Of a stretch of DNA of 64,000 nucleotides, positions 9,472 through 19,794 are shown one piece after another. The DNA lies in the NCBI GenBank assembly GCA_965223705.1, contig OZ245015.1:3264001-3328000 (forward strand), written 5' to 3'. The notes below the pieces were generated by a model. The model saw only the letters and a list, made by a program, of their open reading frames with translations. It did no database searches and was not told where the DNA came from. This DNA is from Myxococcota bacterium. Lineage in GTDB: Bacteria > Myxococcota_A > UBA9160 > UBA6930. A program made the position numbers and the translations under genes. The first letter of the stretch is position 1. The number at the start of each line of letters is the position of its first letter.

Positions 9472-10935
9472 TCAGAGCTGATCGTATGCTTCGAGCTTCG
9501 GCTCCCGCATCTCTTCCTCGAAGCGTGTGTAGCTCCACGGCCAGCTCGCGGGGACGCCGTCCTTGTCGAGGTACCAGCTCTTGCAGCCGGTCGCCCAAAT
9601 GCTCTTTTTCGATGCCGCGATGCGATCCGCATCAAACGTGTGGGTCGCCTCCGGGCTCGCGCTGATTTCGCGGCAGCGTCCACTGCGGAGTTCGTCCATC
9701 AGCTGAAGAACGTAGGCGAGCTGAAACTCGGCGATCTGGATCAGGGAAAAGTTCCCGACCGGGCCGTTGGGACCGTTCAACATGAAGAAGTTCGGGAAAT
9801 CCGGAACGGAAATCGACAAGTACGCGACCGGCCGGCGCGCCCAGACGCGATCGAGATCGCGGCCTCCGCGCCCTTTCACGACCGTCGGTCGGATGAACCG
9901 ATCGGGCAAGAAGCCCGTCGCGAGGACCAACACGTCGAGTTCGTGGAGGACACCGTCTTCGGTGCGAACGCCCCGCGGCTCGATCTGGCGGATCCCGGAA
10001 GTCACCAAGGTCGCGTTCGGTTGTTGAATGGCCTGGTAGAAATCGGGTGAAAAAATCAGTCGCTTGCACGCGGCTCGGTAGTCCGGTCGCAACCGCTCGC
10101 GAAGCTCGGGATCCCGCACACTCTTTTCGAGATTGTCGCGACAAGCGTCCTCGATGAACTTCATAGCCGGTGAATCGGCGTCGATCACGGCGTTCGCCAA
10201 GCGATCGATGAAGAGGGTGTTCATCTCCTCGCGCATCGTCTTGAGCGCTTCGAGATCGCTTGCGAAGGCCGCTTTCTCCTCCTCGCTGTACGACGGGTTG
10301 TCGCCGGGCATGATCCACTGGGCGCTGCGTTGGAACAACGCGAAGTGCGCCACCCGGGGCACGAGAGCGGACGTGATCTGCACGGCCGTCGATCCCGTGC
10401 CGATGACACCCACCCGACGGCCGTCGAGAGGAACGTCGTGATCCCATCGAGCGCTGTGAAACGAAGCACCGAGAAATGTCTCGATGCCGGGGAAGTCCGG
10501 GATGTTCGGGTGGTGCAACACGCCCGTCGCGGCAATGACGACATCGACGGTGTCGCGGCTACCGCCACTCATTTCGAGGTGCCAGCGTCCGTCCTCGAAC
10601 TCGCAGCTCGTCACCTCCTCACCGAAATGGAAGAACGGCGTGACACTGTACTTCTCCGCGACGGATTCGAAGTACGCCTGAATCTCGGGCCCGGGAGCGA
10701 ACATATGGCTCCAGTCGGGATTCGGTTCGAAGGAATAGGTGTAGAGGTGCGCGGGAACGTCGCAGGCGAGGCCCGGATACGTGTTCTCTCGCCAGGTTCC
10801 CCCGAGGCGATCCGCCTTCTCATAGACCGCGAATTCGTATCCGGCTTCTTTCAGACGGATCGCCGTCAGGATCCCGGCCATGCCGGCTCCGATCACTGCG
10901 ATTCGGAGTTTCCGAGCTGATTTCTCGTTCGCCAA
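9472..10935 (-). CDS. flavin-containing monooxygenase, Baeyer-Villiger type
   Basis: GAGMAG, GGTWRENTYPG..CD, BVMO fingerprint FLGASFHSARW, GTGSTA. Confidence 0.92.
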   Translation of the reverse strand: MANEKSARKLRIAVIGAGMAGILTAIRLKEAGYEFAVYEKADRLGGTWRENTYPGLACDVPAHLYTYSFEPNPDWSHMFAPGPEIQAYFESVAEKYSVTPFFHFGEEVTSCEFEDGRWHLEMSGGSRDTVDVVIAATGVLHHPNIPDFPGIETFLGASFHSARWDHDVPLDGRRVGVIGTGSTAVQITSALVPRVAHFALFQRSAQWIMPGDNPSYSEEEKAAFASDLEALKTMREEMNTLFIDRLANAVIDADSPAMKFIEDACRDNLEKSVRDPELRERLRPDYRAACKRLIFSPDFYQAIQQPNATLVTSGIRQIEPRGVRTEDGVLHELDVLVLATGFLPDRFIRPTVVKGRGGRDLDRVWARRPVAYLSISVPDFPNFFMLNGPNGPVGNFSLIQIAEFQLAYVLQLMDELRSGRCREISASPEATHTFDADRIAASKKSIWATGCKSWYLDKDGVPASWPWSYTRFEEEMREPKLEAYDQL

Positions 10936-11037
10936 GCGTCACTCCCCTCGTGGTCCCGGTCGAGGCTGCAGGCGAAACTAGCGGAGGGGTCGGCGCCCGC
11001 CCAAACCCGGTAAACTCGGGAACCGAGGAGGTCTGCG

Positions 11038-12252
11038 ATGCGATTTGGTGTGTTTTACGAGCTGCAACTGCCGAAGCCCTGGGACGAAGACGCCGAGTAC
11101 CGGCTCATTCAGGAGGCGATCGAACAAGTTCAGCTCGCCGACGAGATCGGCATCGAACACGCGTGGGCGGTCGAGCACCACTTTCTGGAGGAGTATTCCC
11201 ACTGCTCCGCTTCCGAGGTGTTCTTGTCGACGCTCGCCGCGAAGACGGAGAACATTCGGCTGGGCTTCGGCATTCGTCAGGTCATCCCGAACTACAACCA
11301 CCCGTCGCGCTCCGCCGAGGCCGTGGCAATGCTCGATCTCGTTTCGAACGGCCGCGTCGAGTTCGGCATCGGCGAAGGAGCGACTCGGCTCGAGCTCCAC
11401 GGGTACGACATCCCGTCTCGCCGGAAACGCGCGCTCTCGCTCGAAGCCGCCGAACAGATCGCCAACATGATGGTGATGGAGCCCTACCCCGGCTACGAAG
11501 GCGAAGGTTTCTCCATGCCGTGTCGGAACGTGCTTCCGAAGCCGCGCCAGAAACCCCACCCGCCGATGTGGATCGCGTGCACGAATCGAAAGACGATCGA
11601 GATCGCGGCGCGCAATGGTCTCGGCGCCCTGGCGTTCACGTTCGTCGATCCCGAAGAAGCCAAGACGTGGGCCGACACGTATTACTCCATCATCAAATCC
11701 GAAGAGTGCGTGCCGCTGGGTCATAGCGTCAACGCCAACATCGCGATGGTGGCCGGTTTCTCGATTCATCCCGACGCGCAAGAAGCGCACCGGCGTGGCG
11801 TCGACGGGTTTGCTTTCTTCCGGTACGCCGTCAACGCGCTCGTGGCCAACGATACGAAGCCGGGTCGCAGCAGCCTGTGGGACGAGTACCTGACACTGCG
11901 CGATCGCGATCTCCCGATCCTCGACGCGCCCGGTATCGGCACGCCGGAGAACTACCGGAGCCTGGTTCGAGAGTTCGACAACGTCGGCGTAGATCAGATT
12001 ATTTTCTTGCAGCAGGGCGGCAAGAACCGCCATGAGCATATTTGCGAAAGCCTCGAGCACTTTGGCAAGGACGTCTATCCCGAGTTTGCGGCGGAGCGCG
12101 ATCAGCGCGAAGCGGAGAAAGCGAAGGAGCTCGCTCCGTACATCGAGGCCGCGCTCGCGCGCAAGAAGAGGATGCCGGAGCTCCGCGATGATGAGATACC
12201 GGTCGTCGCGGCGTCACGAGAACGCGAGTCGTACTACCAACGGGCCGAGTAG
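11038..12252 (+). CDS. LLM-class flavin-dependent oxidoreductase
   Basis: WAVEHHFLEEYSH, LDLVSNGRVEFGIG, PKPRQKPHPPMW; GAGGAGG RBS. Confidence 0.92.
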   Translation: MRFGVFYELQLPKPWDEDAEYRLIQEAIEQVQLADEIGIEHAWAVEHHFLEEYSHCSASEVFLSTLAAKTENIRLGFGIRQVIPNYNHPSRSAEAVAMLDLVSNGRVEFGIGEGATRLELHGYDIPSRRKRALSLEAAEQIANMMVMEPYPGYEGEGFSMPCRNVLPKPRQKPHPPMWIACTNRKTIEIAARNGLGALAFTFVDPEEAKTWADTYYSIIKSEECVPLGHSVNANIAMVAGFSIHPDAQEAHRRGVDGFAFFRYAVNALVANDTKPGRSSLWDEYLTLRDRDLPILDAPGIGTPENYRSLVREFDNVGVDQIIFLQQGGKNRHEHICESLEHFGKDVYPEFAAERDQREAEKAKELAPYIEAALARKKRMPELRDDEIPVVAASRERESYYQRAE

Positions 12253-12302
12253 CGGCCGCGAGGCGCCAAAATCGTGATAGGGTAAACCGCACGGAGGCAC
12301 CG

Positions 12303-13373
12303 ATGAAATTCTCCCTGCTCTACGAACTCGAAATTCCGAAGCCGTGGTCCGCGACGGCCGAGCGCGACTGCTACATGCAAGCGCTCGAGCAGATCAAGCT
12401 CGCCGACGAGATGGGGTTCGACATCGTGTGGGAGGTCGAGCACCACTTTCTCACAGAGTATTCCCACTCCTCCGCACCGGAAGTTTTCTTGGCGGCGGTC
12501 TCGCAACACACGAAGAACATCCGAATCGGCCACGGCGTCGTGCTCCTGCCCTTCAACTACAACCATCCCCTGCACGTAGCGGAGCGTGTGGCCGCTCTCG
12601 ACATCATGTCGAATGGACGCGTCGAGTTTGGGAGTGGGCGTTCGACCACCATGATCGAACTCGGGGGTTTCGGGATCAATCCGGATGAGACCCGGGAGCA
12701 GTGGGAAGAAGGCCTCGAGGTCGTCCTCAAAGCCTGGCGGGACCAACCCATTGTGCACGAGGGGAAAAGGCTTTCGATCCCGGAGCGTGAGGTCTGGCCG
12801 AAGCCACTCCAAAAGCCGCACCCGCCGCTCTGGATGGCGGCGACGAGCCCCGACACATTCCACGTCGCCGGAGAGAAAGGCCTTGGCGTTCTCTGCTTCC
12901 AGCTCTCGGAAGAAGGCATTCTTCTGTGCCACGAGAACTATCGAAGCTCGGTGAAGAACGCGAAACCCGTGGGCGACTTCGTGAACGAAAACTTCGCCGC
13001 TCTCGCGATCAGCCACTGCGGCACGCATGCGGATACCCGACAGCGCGGCGTGGAAGCGGCGCGGTGGTTCATGCAGAAAGTGGTGGAGATTCTGATCGGG
13101 CTGCGGGACAGCGACAGCCACTCCTACGAGTACCTACGCGGCATGATCGATATGGATCACCAGCCGAAAGACGCGTCGTTCGAAGACTTGGATAACCACC
13201 CGCTCATCATCACCGGAGATCCCGAGCGCTGCATCCGAAAACTCGAGCGCGTGCAGAGCTACGGTGCGGATCAGTTCATCTGCTTCCACCAGTTCGGCGG
13301 GCTCGACCACGATCGGATCATGGAATCGATCCAGCTCTTCGGCGAGGAGATCATTCCGCACTTCAACAGCTAG
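12303..13373 (+). CDS. LLM-class flavin-dependent oxidoreductase
   Basis: WEVEHHFLTEYSH, HPLHVAERVAALDIMSNGRVEFG, PKPLQKPHPPLW. Confidence 0.92.
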   Translation: MKFSLLYELEIPKPWSATAERDCYMQALEQIKLADEMGFDIVWEVEHHFLTEYSHSSAPEVFLAAVSQHTKNIRIGHGVVLLPFNYNHPLHVAERVAALDIMSNGRVEFGSGRSTTMIELGGFGINPDETREQWEEGLEVVLKAWRDQPIVHEGKRLSIPEREVWPKPLQKPHPPLWMAATSPDTFHVAGEKGLGVLCFQLSEEGILLCHENYRSSVKNAKPVGDFVNENFAALAISHCGTHADTRQRGVEAARWFMQKVVEILIGLRDSDSHSYEYLRGMIDMDHQPKDASFEDLDNHPLIITGDPERCIRKLERVQSYGADQFICFHQFGGLDHDRIMESIQLFGEEIIPHFNS

Positions 13374-14641
13374 AGCTGCTGCAGTGCGAGGTCCACCGCG
13401 GCCAAGGTCTCGCGGACGTCGTCCTCCGTGTGTGCGAGGGAGACGTAGAACTTGCTGTCTCCCTTGAGCACGCCGTTTTCTCGTAGCACCTGATTGAAGC
13501 GCTTGAGCCTCGATCCATCGCTGCGCGCCGTGTCGCGGTAGTCCCTCACACCTTCGACGTCGAACAGGACATCGAAGATAGGCGGCTCTCCAACCACTTG
13601 CCCCGCCACACCGTGCGACTTCAAGCGATTCTCGATTCCGTGTTTCAGGGCGCGGCCTGTGGCGAAGATCTTTTCGTAAGCGCCGGGCCGCTCGAGAATG
13701 TCGAGCGTGGCGAGGCCTGCCACCGCTGCGACGGGATTGCCACTCAGCGTTCCGATCTGGGTCATGTGATGACCGGACGGGACCGCATCCACATCGAAAT
13801 GGGCCATGACGTCGGCCCGTCCGGCGATCGCCGCGAGCGGAAAACCTCCCCCCACGACCTTACCCAGCGCGCACAAATCGGGGACGACACCGTAGTATTC
13901 CTGCGCGCCGCCGTACGCGAGCCGAAACCCCGTGACCACTTCATCGAAGACGAGCAGCACGCCGTGCTCTCGGGTGACTTCTCGGAGCGCTTCGAGAAAA
14001 CCCGGCTCCGGTGGGATCAAACGCTGCATCGGCTCGACGATTACAGCGGCGAGCTCTTCGCTGTGCTCTGCAATCAATTGGCTCGCCCGTGGTGCATCGT
14101 TAAACGGCGCGATCAGGACCTCGGTGGGAACTTTCGCGGGAATCCCCGGTGAGTCGGGTAGCGCCTGGGGGAAGGCCACTGCTCGCTTCGGCGCCATACT
14201 CATGAGCGCGTAGTCGTTCATCCCGTGGAAGCCGCCTTCGAACTTCAGAATCTTGTCGCGTTGCCGGAAAGACCGAGCCGCCCGCATCGCGTAGAGCGTG
14301 GCCTCGGAACCGCTCGAGACGAAGCGGACCTTTTCGGCGCACTGGACCGCGTTCACAATGCGCTCCGCCAGCGCGACTCCGTGCTCATTGTTCGCGAAGA
14401 ACGTCGTTCCCTTCGGAATTTGCGCCTGGACCGCCGCGACGACTTCCGGGTGCGCATGACCGACGAGCATGGGCCCCGAGCCGAGCAAATAGTCGACATA
14501 GGACCGGCCGGCGACATCCCACACGCGCCCGGCCTTCCCTTCGCGAACGCCGAAGTCAAAGGAGAGGTTCCCGAAACCTCCCCCCGGCAGAACTCGGCGT
14601 GCTCTCTCAGTGAATTCGGATTCGGTTTGGGTCGGTTCCAT
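13370..14641 (-). CDS. class III PLP aminotransferase (glutamate-1-semialdehyde aminomutase-like)
   Basis: SSGSEAT, KFEGGFHG, FDEVVTGFR, LGKVVGGG, GTLSGNP; start re-picked at MEPTQTE. Confidence 0.88.
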   Translation of the reverse strand: MEPTQTESEFTERARRVLPGGGFGNLSFDFGVREGKAGRVWDVAGRSYVDYLLGSGPMLVGHAHPEVVAAVQAQIPKGTTFFANNEHGVALAERIVNAVQCAEKVRFVSSGSEATLYAMRAARSFRQRDKILKFEGGFHGMNDYALMSMAPKRAVAFPQALPDSPGIPAKVPTEVLIAPFNDAPRASQLIAEHSEELAAVIVEPMQRLIPPEPGFLEALREVTREHGVLLVFDEVVTGFRLAYGGAQEYYGVVPDLCALGKVVGGGFPLAAIAGRADVMAHFDVDAVPSGHHMTQIGTLSGNPVAAVAGLATLDILERPGAYEKIFATGRALKHGIENRLKSHGVAGQVVGEPPIFDVLFDVEGVRDYRDTARSDGSRLKRFNQVLRENGVLKGDSKFYVSLAHTEDDVRETLAAVDLALQQL

Positions 14642-14692
14642 ACACGCTATTGTGCCGGATTCAGCCGGCGAGCGGGCAACAAGGAGACTTTC

Positions 14693-15643
14693 GTGGCTCA
14701 TCAGACCCTAAAAGTGGGTCTTCAGCTTCCCCAAATCGAGGGGCTGCGCGGTCCTTCGGTACGCGGTTGGTCCGAGCTCCTCGAGATTTCCCGGGTCGCG
14801 GAAGACATCGGCATGGATTCTCTATGGGTCAGCGATCACTTGCTGTACCAGTTGGAAGGCGAAGATCGGGGACGCGGCTGCTGGGAAGTCTGGTCGCTCA
14901 TCTCAGCCCTCGCTGCCTCGACGAAGCGCGTCGAACTCGGAACGCTCGTCCTCGCGATGGGATGGAGGAACCCGACCCTGCTCGCAAAAATGGCGGATAC
15001 CGTCGACGAGATCAGCGGCGGTCGGCTCATTCTGGGCCTCGGCGCGGGCTACCACCGACGCGAGTACGAAGCCTTTGGATTCTCGTTCGATCACCGGGTG
15101 AGCCGTTTCGAAGAGGGTATTCAGATCGTGCACAGCCTGCTTCGCGAGGGAGCGGTCGATTTCGAGGGCCGCTACTACACCGCCCGCGAGTGCGAACTCC
15201 GCCCCCGCGGTCCGCGTGCAAATGGTCCTCCGATCTTGATCGGAACGGCCAAACCCCGGATGCTCGGACTCACTGCGCGCTACGCCGACTTGTGGAACGC
15301 GTACTACGACGATATTCACAACCAAGTGTCGGGGCTCGAACGTATCCAACCCGCGGTGGACGCCGCTTGCCGCGAAGCCGGGCGGGACCCAGGCACGCTC
15401 GAGCGCACGGTGACCCTCCTCGTCGCGGACGCAACGGCCGACCCGTGGTGGGATCGCCTGCCGGTCGAGCAGTTGGAAGGGGCTGCGCCCCTCCTCCCGC
15501 TTTCGGGCTCCGCTGACGAGCTCGCCGAGCAGTTCGCGCTCTATCACGCGCGAGGCATTTCGCAGATTCAGATTTGTCTCGAGCCGACGACCCCCGCTTC
15601 CGTCGAGGCACTCGCTCCGATTCTCGAACGCCTGAAGCGCTAG
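14693..15643 (+). CDS. LLM-class oxidoreductase (F420-dependent-like)
   Basis: SLWVSDHL, RNPTLLAKMADTVDEISGGRLILGLGAG, ARYADLWN; GTG start after AGGAG. Confidence 0.88.
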   Translation: MAHQTLKVGLQLPQIEGLRGPSVRGWSELLEISRVAEDIGMDSLWVSDHLLYQLEGEDRGRGCWEVWSLISALAASTKRVELGTLVLAMGWRNPTLLAKMADTVDEISGGRLILGLGAGYHRREYEAFGFSFDHRVSRFEEGIQIVHSLLREGAVDFEGRYYTARECELRPRGPRANGPPILIGTAKPRMLGLTARYADLWNAYYDDIHNQVSGLERIQPAVDAACREAGRDPGTLERTVTLLVADATADPWWDRLPVEQLEGAAPLLPLSGSADELAEQFALYHARGISQIQICLEPTTPASVEALAPILERLKR

Positions 15644-15671
15644 CGTATCCACGCGCTTCGAGGAGTTCCAT

Positions 15672-16211
15672 GTGAGACGAAAATTCTGGATTCTCGTACA
15701 TCTCTACGTCGCTGCCTTCTTCGCGCCGGCCTTCCTTCTCGTCGGAATTTCCGGCGGTCTCTACCTCGTCGGTGTCAAGGGCAGGACGGAGGCCACGGCG
15801 GTTCACTTACCGACGGACGTTTCGCTCGACCCGGCTTCGGACACCTTGGGCGAGGATGTCCGTCGGGTCCTCGAGCGCGCTGGGATCGCCCACGACTTCG
15901 AGACGATCAAACGAAACGGGAATACGCTGATCACGCGTCCCAGCTCCGGCCCGCACTACGTATTCCGCGTTTCGAACGAAGGCCTGAAAGCGACGCACCA
16001 CGTTCCCGATCTCCAAAAGCGCCTCATCGAACTCCACAAGGGCCACGGCCCGAAACTCTTCAAACAGTATCAACGCGTAGCCGCAGCCGGTTTGTTGACC
16101 GTCGTCCTGAGCGGTGCCTGGCTGGGTCTTTCCGCCGCTGCGCTGCGGACTCGCATGTGGTTGGCCACGCTCGTCGGCGCGGTGTTGTTTGCATTACTCA
16201 TTTCCCTCTGA
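15672..16211 (+). CDS. PepSY-associated TM-helix membrane protein
   Basis: N-terminal 'HLYVAAFFAP..L..GISG', internal 'LIELHKGHG' and two C-terminal TM helices. Confidence 0.7.
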   Translation: MRRKFWILVHLYVAAFFAPAFLLVGISGGLYLVGVKGRTEATAVHLPTDVSLDPASDTLGEDVRRVLERAGIAHDFETIKRNGNTLITRPSSGPHYVFRVSNEGLKATHHVPDLQKRLIELHKGHGPKLFKQYQRVAAAGLLTVVLSGAWLGLSAAALRTRMWLATLVGAVLFALLISL

Positions 16212-16220
16212 GGGGTCACC

Positions 16221-17060
16221 ATGGAACTCGAAGTTCTCGCCTGGGGCTATCAACTCGTCGAAGGGCCGCGCACGGATTCCGAAGACAACTTGTATTTCAC
16301 CGACGCGTTCGGCTCGAAAGTGCTGCGTCGATCACCGAACGGAGACCTCGAGACCCTGATCCGCGACCGATCGATGGTCGGAGGGCTCGCGCTCCATGCC
16401 GACGGTGGCTTCGTGATGTCCGGACCGACCGTCGCACACTGGAAGGACGGAGAAGTACGCACCCTCCTCTCCCGAAAAGGCGTCGTCTCATTCAACGATC
16501 TCCATCCCGATCAAGCGGGCCGGATCGTCGTCGGGGCGATTCGAAGCGACGTCAATGACCTAAAGGCCGACAAGATCCCCGGTGAGTGCGTTCGGATCGA
16601 GCTCGATGGAACGGTCGACGATCTCTACGATGGTGTGGAGATCAGCAACGGCATCGGCTTTTCGCCGGACGGCGCCACGCTCTACCACGTCGATTCAACG
16701 CGGAAGGGAGTCATCACCCACGACGTCGATTCCGCGGGAGCCCTGTCCGGGAGACGGCTGATCGGTCGAGACAGTTTCGCGAGAGGCATCCCGGATGGGA
16801 TGTGTGTCGACACCTCTGGAAATCTATGGGTCGCTCACGTCGGCGGACGGCGGGTGGTGAAGCTGTCGCCGGACGGCGACGAGCTCGACGAGATCCCCGT
16901 TCCCGCGAAAGCGGTAACCAGTTGCGCGTTCGGCGGACCGGAGATGAGCGATCTCTACATCGTCACGGCCGACAACCTGGACGATGCCAGCCGCGGTGGG
17001 ACCGTCTTTCGCTGCCGGCCCGGGGTCGCCGGAGTACCGACCCCACTCGCTCGGGTTTAG
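16221..17060 (+). CDS. SMP-30/gluconolactonase/LRE family protein
   Basis: EGP, FND, ISNGIGFSPDG, PDGMCVD, TSCAFGG motifs. Confidence 0.92.
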   Translation: MELEVLAWGYQLVEGPRTDSEDNLYFTDAFGSKVLRRSPNGDLETLIRDRSMVGGLALHADGGFVMSGPTVAHWKDGEVRTLLSRKGVVSFNDLHPDQAGRIVVGAIRSDVNDLKADKIPGECVRIELDGTVDDLYDGVEISNGIGFSPDGATLYHVDSTRKGVITHDVDSAGALSGRRLIGRDSFARGIPDGMCVDTSGNLWVAHVGGRRVVKLSPDGDELDEIPVPAKAVTSCAFGGPEMSDLYIVTADNLDDASRGGTVFRCRPGVAGVPTPLARV

Positions 17061-18406
17061 TGCGCCCTTCCTCGCCGGAAGGGATAAAGCACCAACCCGA
17101 TCGCGACCCAAACGCCGCAGATGACCCACTCTTGGGGCCAGATCAGTGCACCGGGGCTCCCGGGCAGGTAGAGCCCGATGATCCCGAGCGCCAAGACAAA
17201 CGCGAGAACGCCCACGGCCGTTCCAAACCGAACCCGGTATGGCCTCGGCAGGGACGGTTCCTTCTTGCGGAGGACCAAGAAAGCGAGCGCGACGATCGCA
17301 TACGCGATGATGACTCCAAGACTTCCCGCGTCGATGAGCCACACGAGTGCGGGCCGCCCGAACCAAGGAGCGAGGCACGACACCGCGCAGATGCACCACA
17401 ACACGATAGACGGCGTCGCGTAGCGCTTGTGAAGGACGGCGAACCGCGTTGGGAGCATCGCGTCCTCAGCGAGGGCGTACACCAGGCGACTCGATCCGAC
17501 GAGACAAGCGTTCCACGTCGTGACGATCCCTGCGATGCCTCCGACGATCAGGATGGTTGAGGCCCACCGCGATGACCACGCCGCCGCCGCCGCATCGGCG
17601 GTCGTCAAATCGCTCGCAGCTCGCGCCTCTCCGTCGAGGACGTACGCAACGGCCAGGATCATCGCGATATAGAAGAGTGCGGCAAAGATCATCGACGCGA
17701 CGATCAAGACGCCGATGCGCCTCGGGGGCAAGTCGATCTCCTCCGCCGCTTGGGGAATGATGTCGAAACCGAGGAACATCAGGGGGAGCATCACAACGAC
17801 AGCCAGTGCCCCGGACAGGCCGCCGTCAAACAGTGGAGCCATGTTGTCGGACGAGCCGCCCGCCGCCGCGCCGGCGATGAGAACCAAGCCGGAGAGCACG
17901 ATCACCGCCGTCACGGCACTTTGAAGCCGTGCCGCAGTGGCGATCCCGCGCACATTGACGACGGTGAGCCCGACGGCCCCGCCAATCCCGAGGGCGACAT
18001 GGCTCGCCCAGACCTCCTCTCCGGCCACCGTCCAAAGCCGCCCGATCCGAAACTCGGGAAACAGGTACGAGACCGCGACCGGAAGAGCGACCGTTTCAAA
18101 GGCGACGACCGAGACATAGCCGAGGAGCAACGCCCAGGTGCACGCGTACGACACCCCCGGGCCGAAGGCGCGAAGACTGTAGACGTGTTCGCCGCCGGTC
18201 TTGGGAAGTGCAGCGGCGAGCTCCGCGTAGGTCAATGCGATCAGCGCAACCGCGATTCCCGTGGCGAGAAAGGCCAAGACCGCGCCGAGCGAGCCGGCGC
18301 GCGCGATCCAAACGCCGGTCAGGAGAACCCAACTCCAGCCCATGATCGCACCGAAGGCCAGCGCGATGACTTCTCGTTGTCGCAGGACGCGTTTAAACGG
18401 CGGCAC
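17057..18406 (-). CDS. APC-family amino acid/amine permease
   Basis: AFGAIMGWSW, YAELAAALPKTGGE, FLGFDIIPQAAEE, SRLVYALA; about 12 TM helices; GTG start overlaps the amidase stop. Confidence 0.9.
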   Translation of the reverse strand: MPPFKRVLRQREVIALAFGAIMGWSWVLLTGVWIARAGSLGAVLAFLATGIAVALIALTYAELAAALPKTGGEHVYSLRAFGPGVSYACTWALLLGYVSVVAFETVALPVAVSYLFPEFRIGRLWTVAGEEVWASHVALGIGGAVGLTVVNVRGIATAARLQSAVTAVIVLSGLVLIAGAAAGGSSDNMAPLFDGGLSGALAVVVMLPLMFLGFDIIPQAAEEIDLPPRRIGVLIVASMIFAALFYIAMILAVAYVLDGEARAASDLTTADAAAAAWSSRWASTILIVGGIAGIVTTWNACLVGSSRLVYALAEDAMLPTRFAVLHKRYATPSIVLWCICAVSCLAPWFGRPALVWLIDAGSLGVIIAYAIVALAFLVLRKKEPSLPRPYRVRFGTAVGVLAFVLALGIIGLYLPGSPGALIWPQEWVICGVWVAIGLVLYPFRRGRAH

Positions 18407-19793
18407 GTCCGAGCTCGACGGGGCCGATCGCTTCCGCGATGGCGTGCGCGATCTCGAGCACGCCACGATCGTCCCCGACCCGACCGATGATCTGGAGACC
18501 GACCGGTAGGCCTTCGGGGGTCACAGAGAAGGGGATCGAAATCGCCGGACACCCGAGCAGGGAGATATAGAAGCACGAGCGCATCCAGTCGATGTACGTC
18601 TCCATCGGTACGCCGTCGATTTCGCGAATCCACTCCTGCTCGATATCGAAAGGCGGCACCTGCACGACAGGCGCGAGGAGGTAGTCGTAGGGCTCGAGGA
18701 ACCGAAGGAAGCGCTGGTACAGAATCCCGCGCTGAATCTCGGCCTCGGCGATTTGATCCGAGGTGAGGGCCCGACCCACTTCGATATTCCAGAGAAGCGT
18801 CTCCTTCAGCTGTGAGCACTGCTCCGGCGTGAGTTCTCGAAAGCTCGCCGCGAAGTGAAACGCCCGCAAGACTTGAAAGATGGCATCGGCGCCGTCGAAG
18901 TCCGGTTCGTCCGCTTCGATACGGCAACCGAGAGCGTCGAGAGCGCCCCGTTTGCGCTCGAGAGCGTCGCGCACCCGCCGATCCACGGGAAGCCCGCCGA
19001 GATCGGCGCTCCAAGCGAGTCGCATCCCGCGCACCTCCCGACCGAGCGGTTCGCGAAATACCGACCCGGGTTCCGGCCGTGCAAGAGGATCGCGAGGGTC
19101 CGGCCCAGCGATCGCACTCAGGAGCAACGCGCAGTCCGGGACATTGCGCGCCATCGGCCCGAGCACCGCGAGCCCGGACCAAGCCAAGGTCGCCGGCACG
19201 TTGGCCACCCGTCCCGGAGTCGGCCGCAAACCCACGACGTTGCAAAAGCTTGCAGGGTTTCGCAGCGATCCGCCCATATCGCTTCCGTCGGCAATCGAGA
19301 GCATGCCCGACGCGAGCGCAACAGCCGCGCCTCCGCTGCTACCTCCGCACGTCTTGGTCGGATCGAAAGGATTACGTGTCGCCCCGAAGACGGGATTGAA
19401 GGTCTGGGACCCGGCCCCGAACTCGGGCGTATTCGTCTTGCCGATGCTGATCGCGCCCGCTTGCCGCAACCGCGTGACGATGAGGGCGTCTTCGTCGGGA
19501 ACGAAGTCGCGAAAGAGCGGCGAGCCGTAGGTCGTCCGGATGCCCGCTGTGTCGACGAGATCCTTGTGCGCGATGGGCAGCCCGTGGAGAGGGCCGAGGG
19601 GATCCCCGCGCTGGCGCCGCGCATCGGCAGCCCGGGCGGAAGCGAGCGCACGCTCGGGACACAGCGTCACAATCGCGTTCAGTTCCGGATTCTTCGCTTC
19701 GATGATCTCGAGTGTTTCTCGAACCAGCTCTTCCGCGGAAATCGCCCCGCTAGCGAGTTGTGCCGCTCGTTCGGTTGCCGTGGCGTAGGGCAT
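18393..19793 (-). CDS. amidase (amidase-signature family)
   Basis: Catalytic Lys in GLPIAHKDL, GKTNTPEF, GGSSGG, GSDMGGSLRNPA; ATG at 19793 lies immediately after the reductase stop. Confidence 0.92.
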   Translation of the reverse strand: MPYATATERAAQLASGAISAEELVRETLEIIEAKNPELNAIVTLCPERALASARAADARRQRGDPLGPLHGLPIAHKDLVDTAGIRTTYGSPLFRDFVPDEDALIVTRLRQAGAISIGKTNTPEFGAGSQTFNPVFGATRNPFDPTKTCGGSSGGAAVALASGMLSIADGSDMGGSLRNPASFCNVVGLRPTPGRVANVPATLAWSGLAVLGPMARNVPDCALLLSAIAGPDPRDPLARPEPGSVFREPLGREVRGMRLAWSADLGGLPVDRRVRDALERKRGALDALGCRIEADEPDFDGADAIFQVLRAFHFAASFRELTPEQCSQLKETLLWNIEVGRALTSDQIAEAEIQRGILYQRFLRFLEPYDYLLAPVVQVPPFDIEQEWIREIDGVPMETYIDWMRSCFYISLLGCPAISIPFSVTPEGLPVGLQIIGRVGDDRGVLEIAHAIAEAIGPVELGRAAV

Positions 19794-19794
19794 C

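Noticed and set aside
13370..14641. hemL
   Set aside because: It has a GSA-aminomutase-like fold but a divergent N-terminal motif (LPGGGFG) and no tetrapyrrole context, so it is left as a class III aminotransferase
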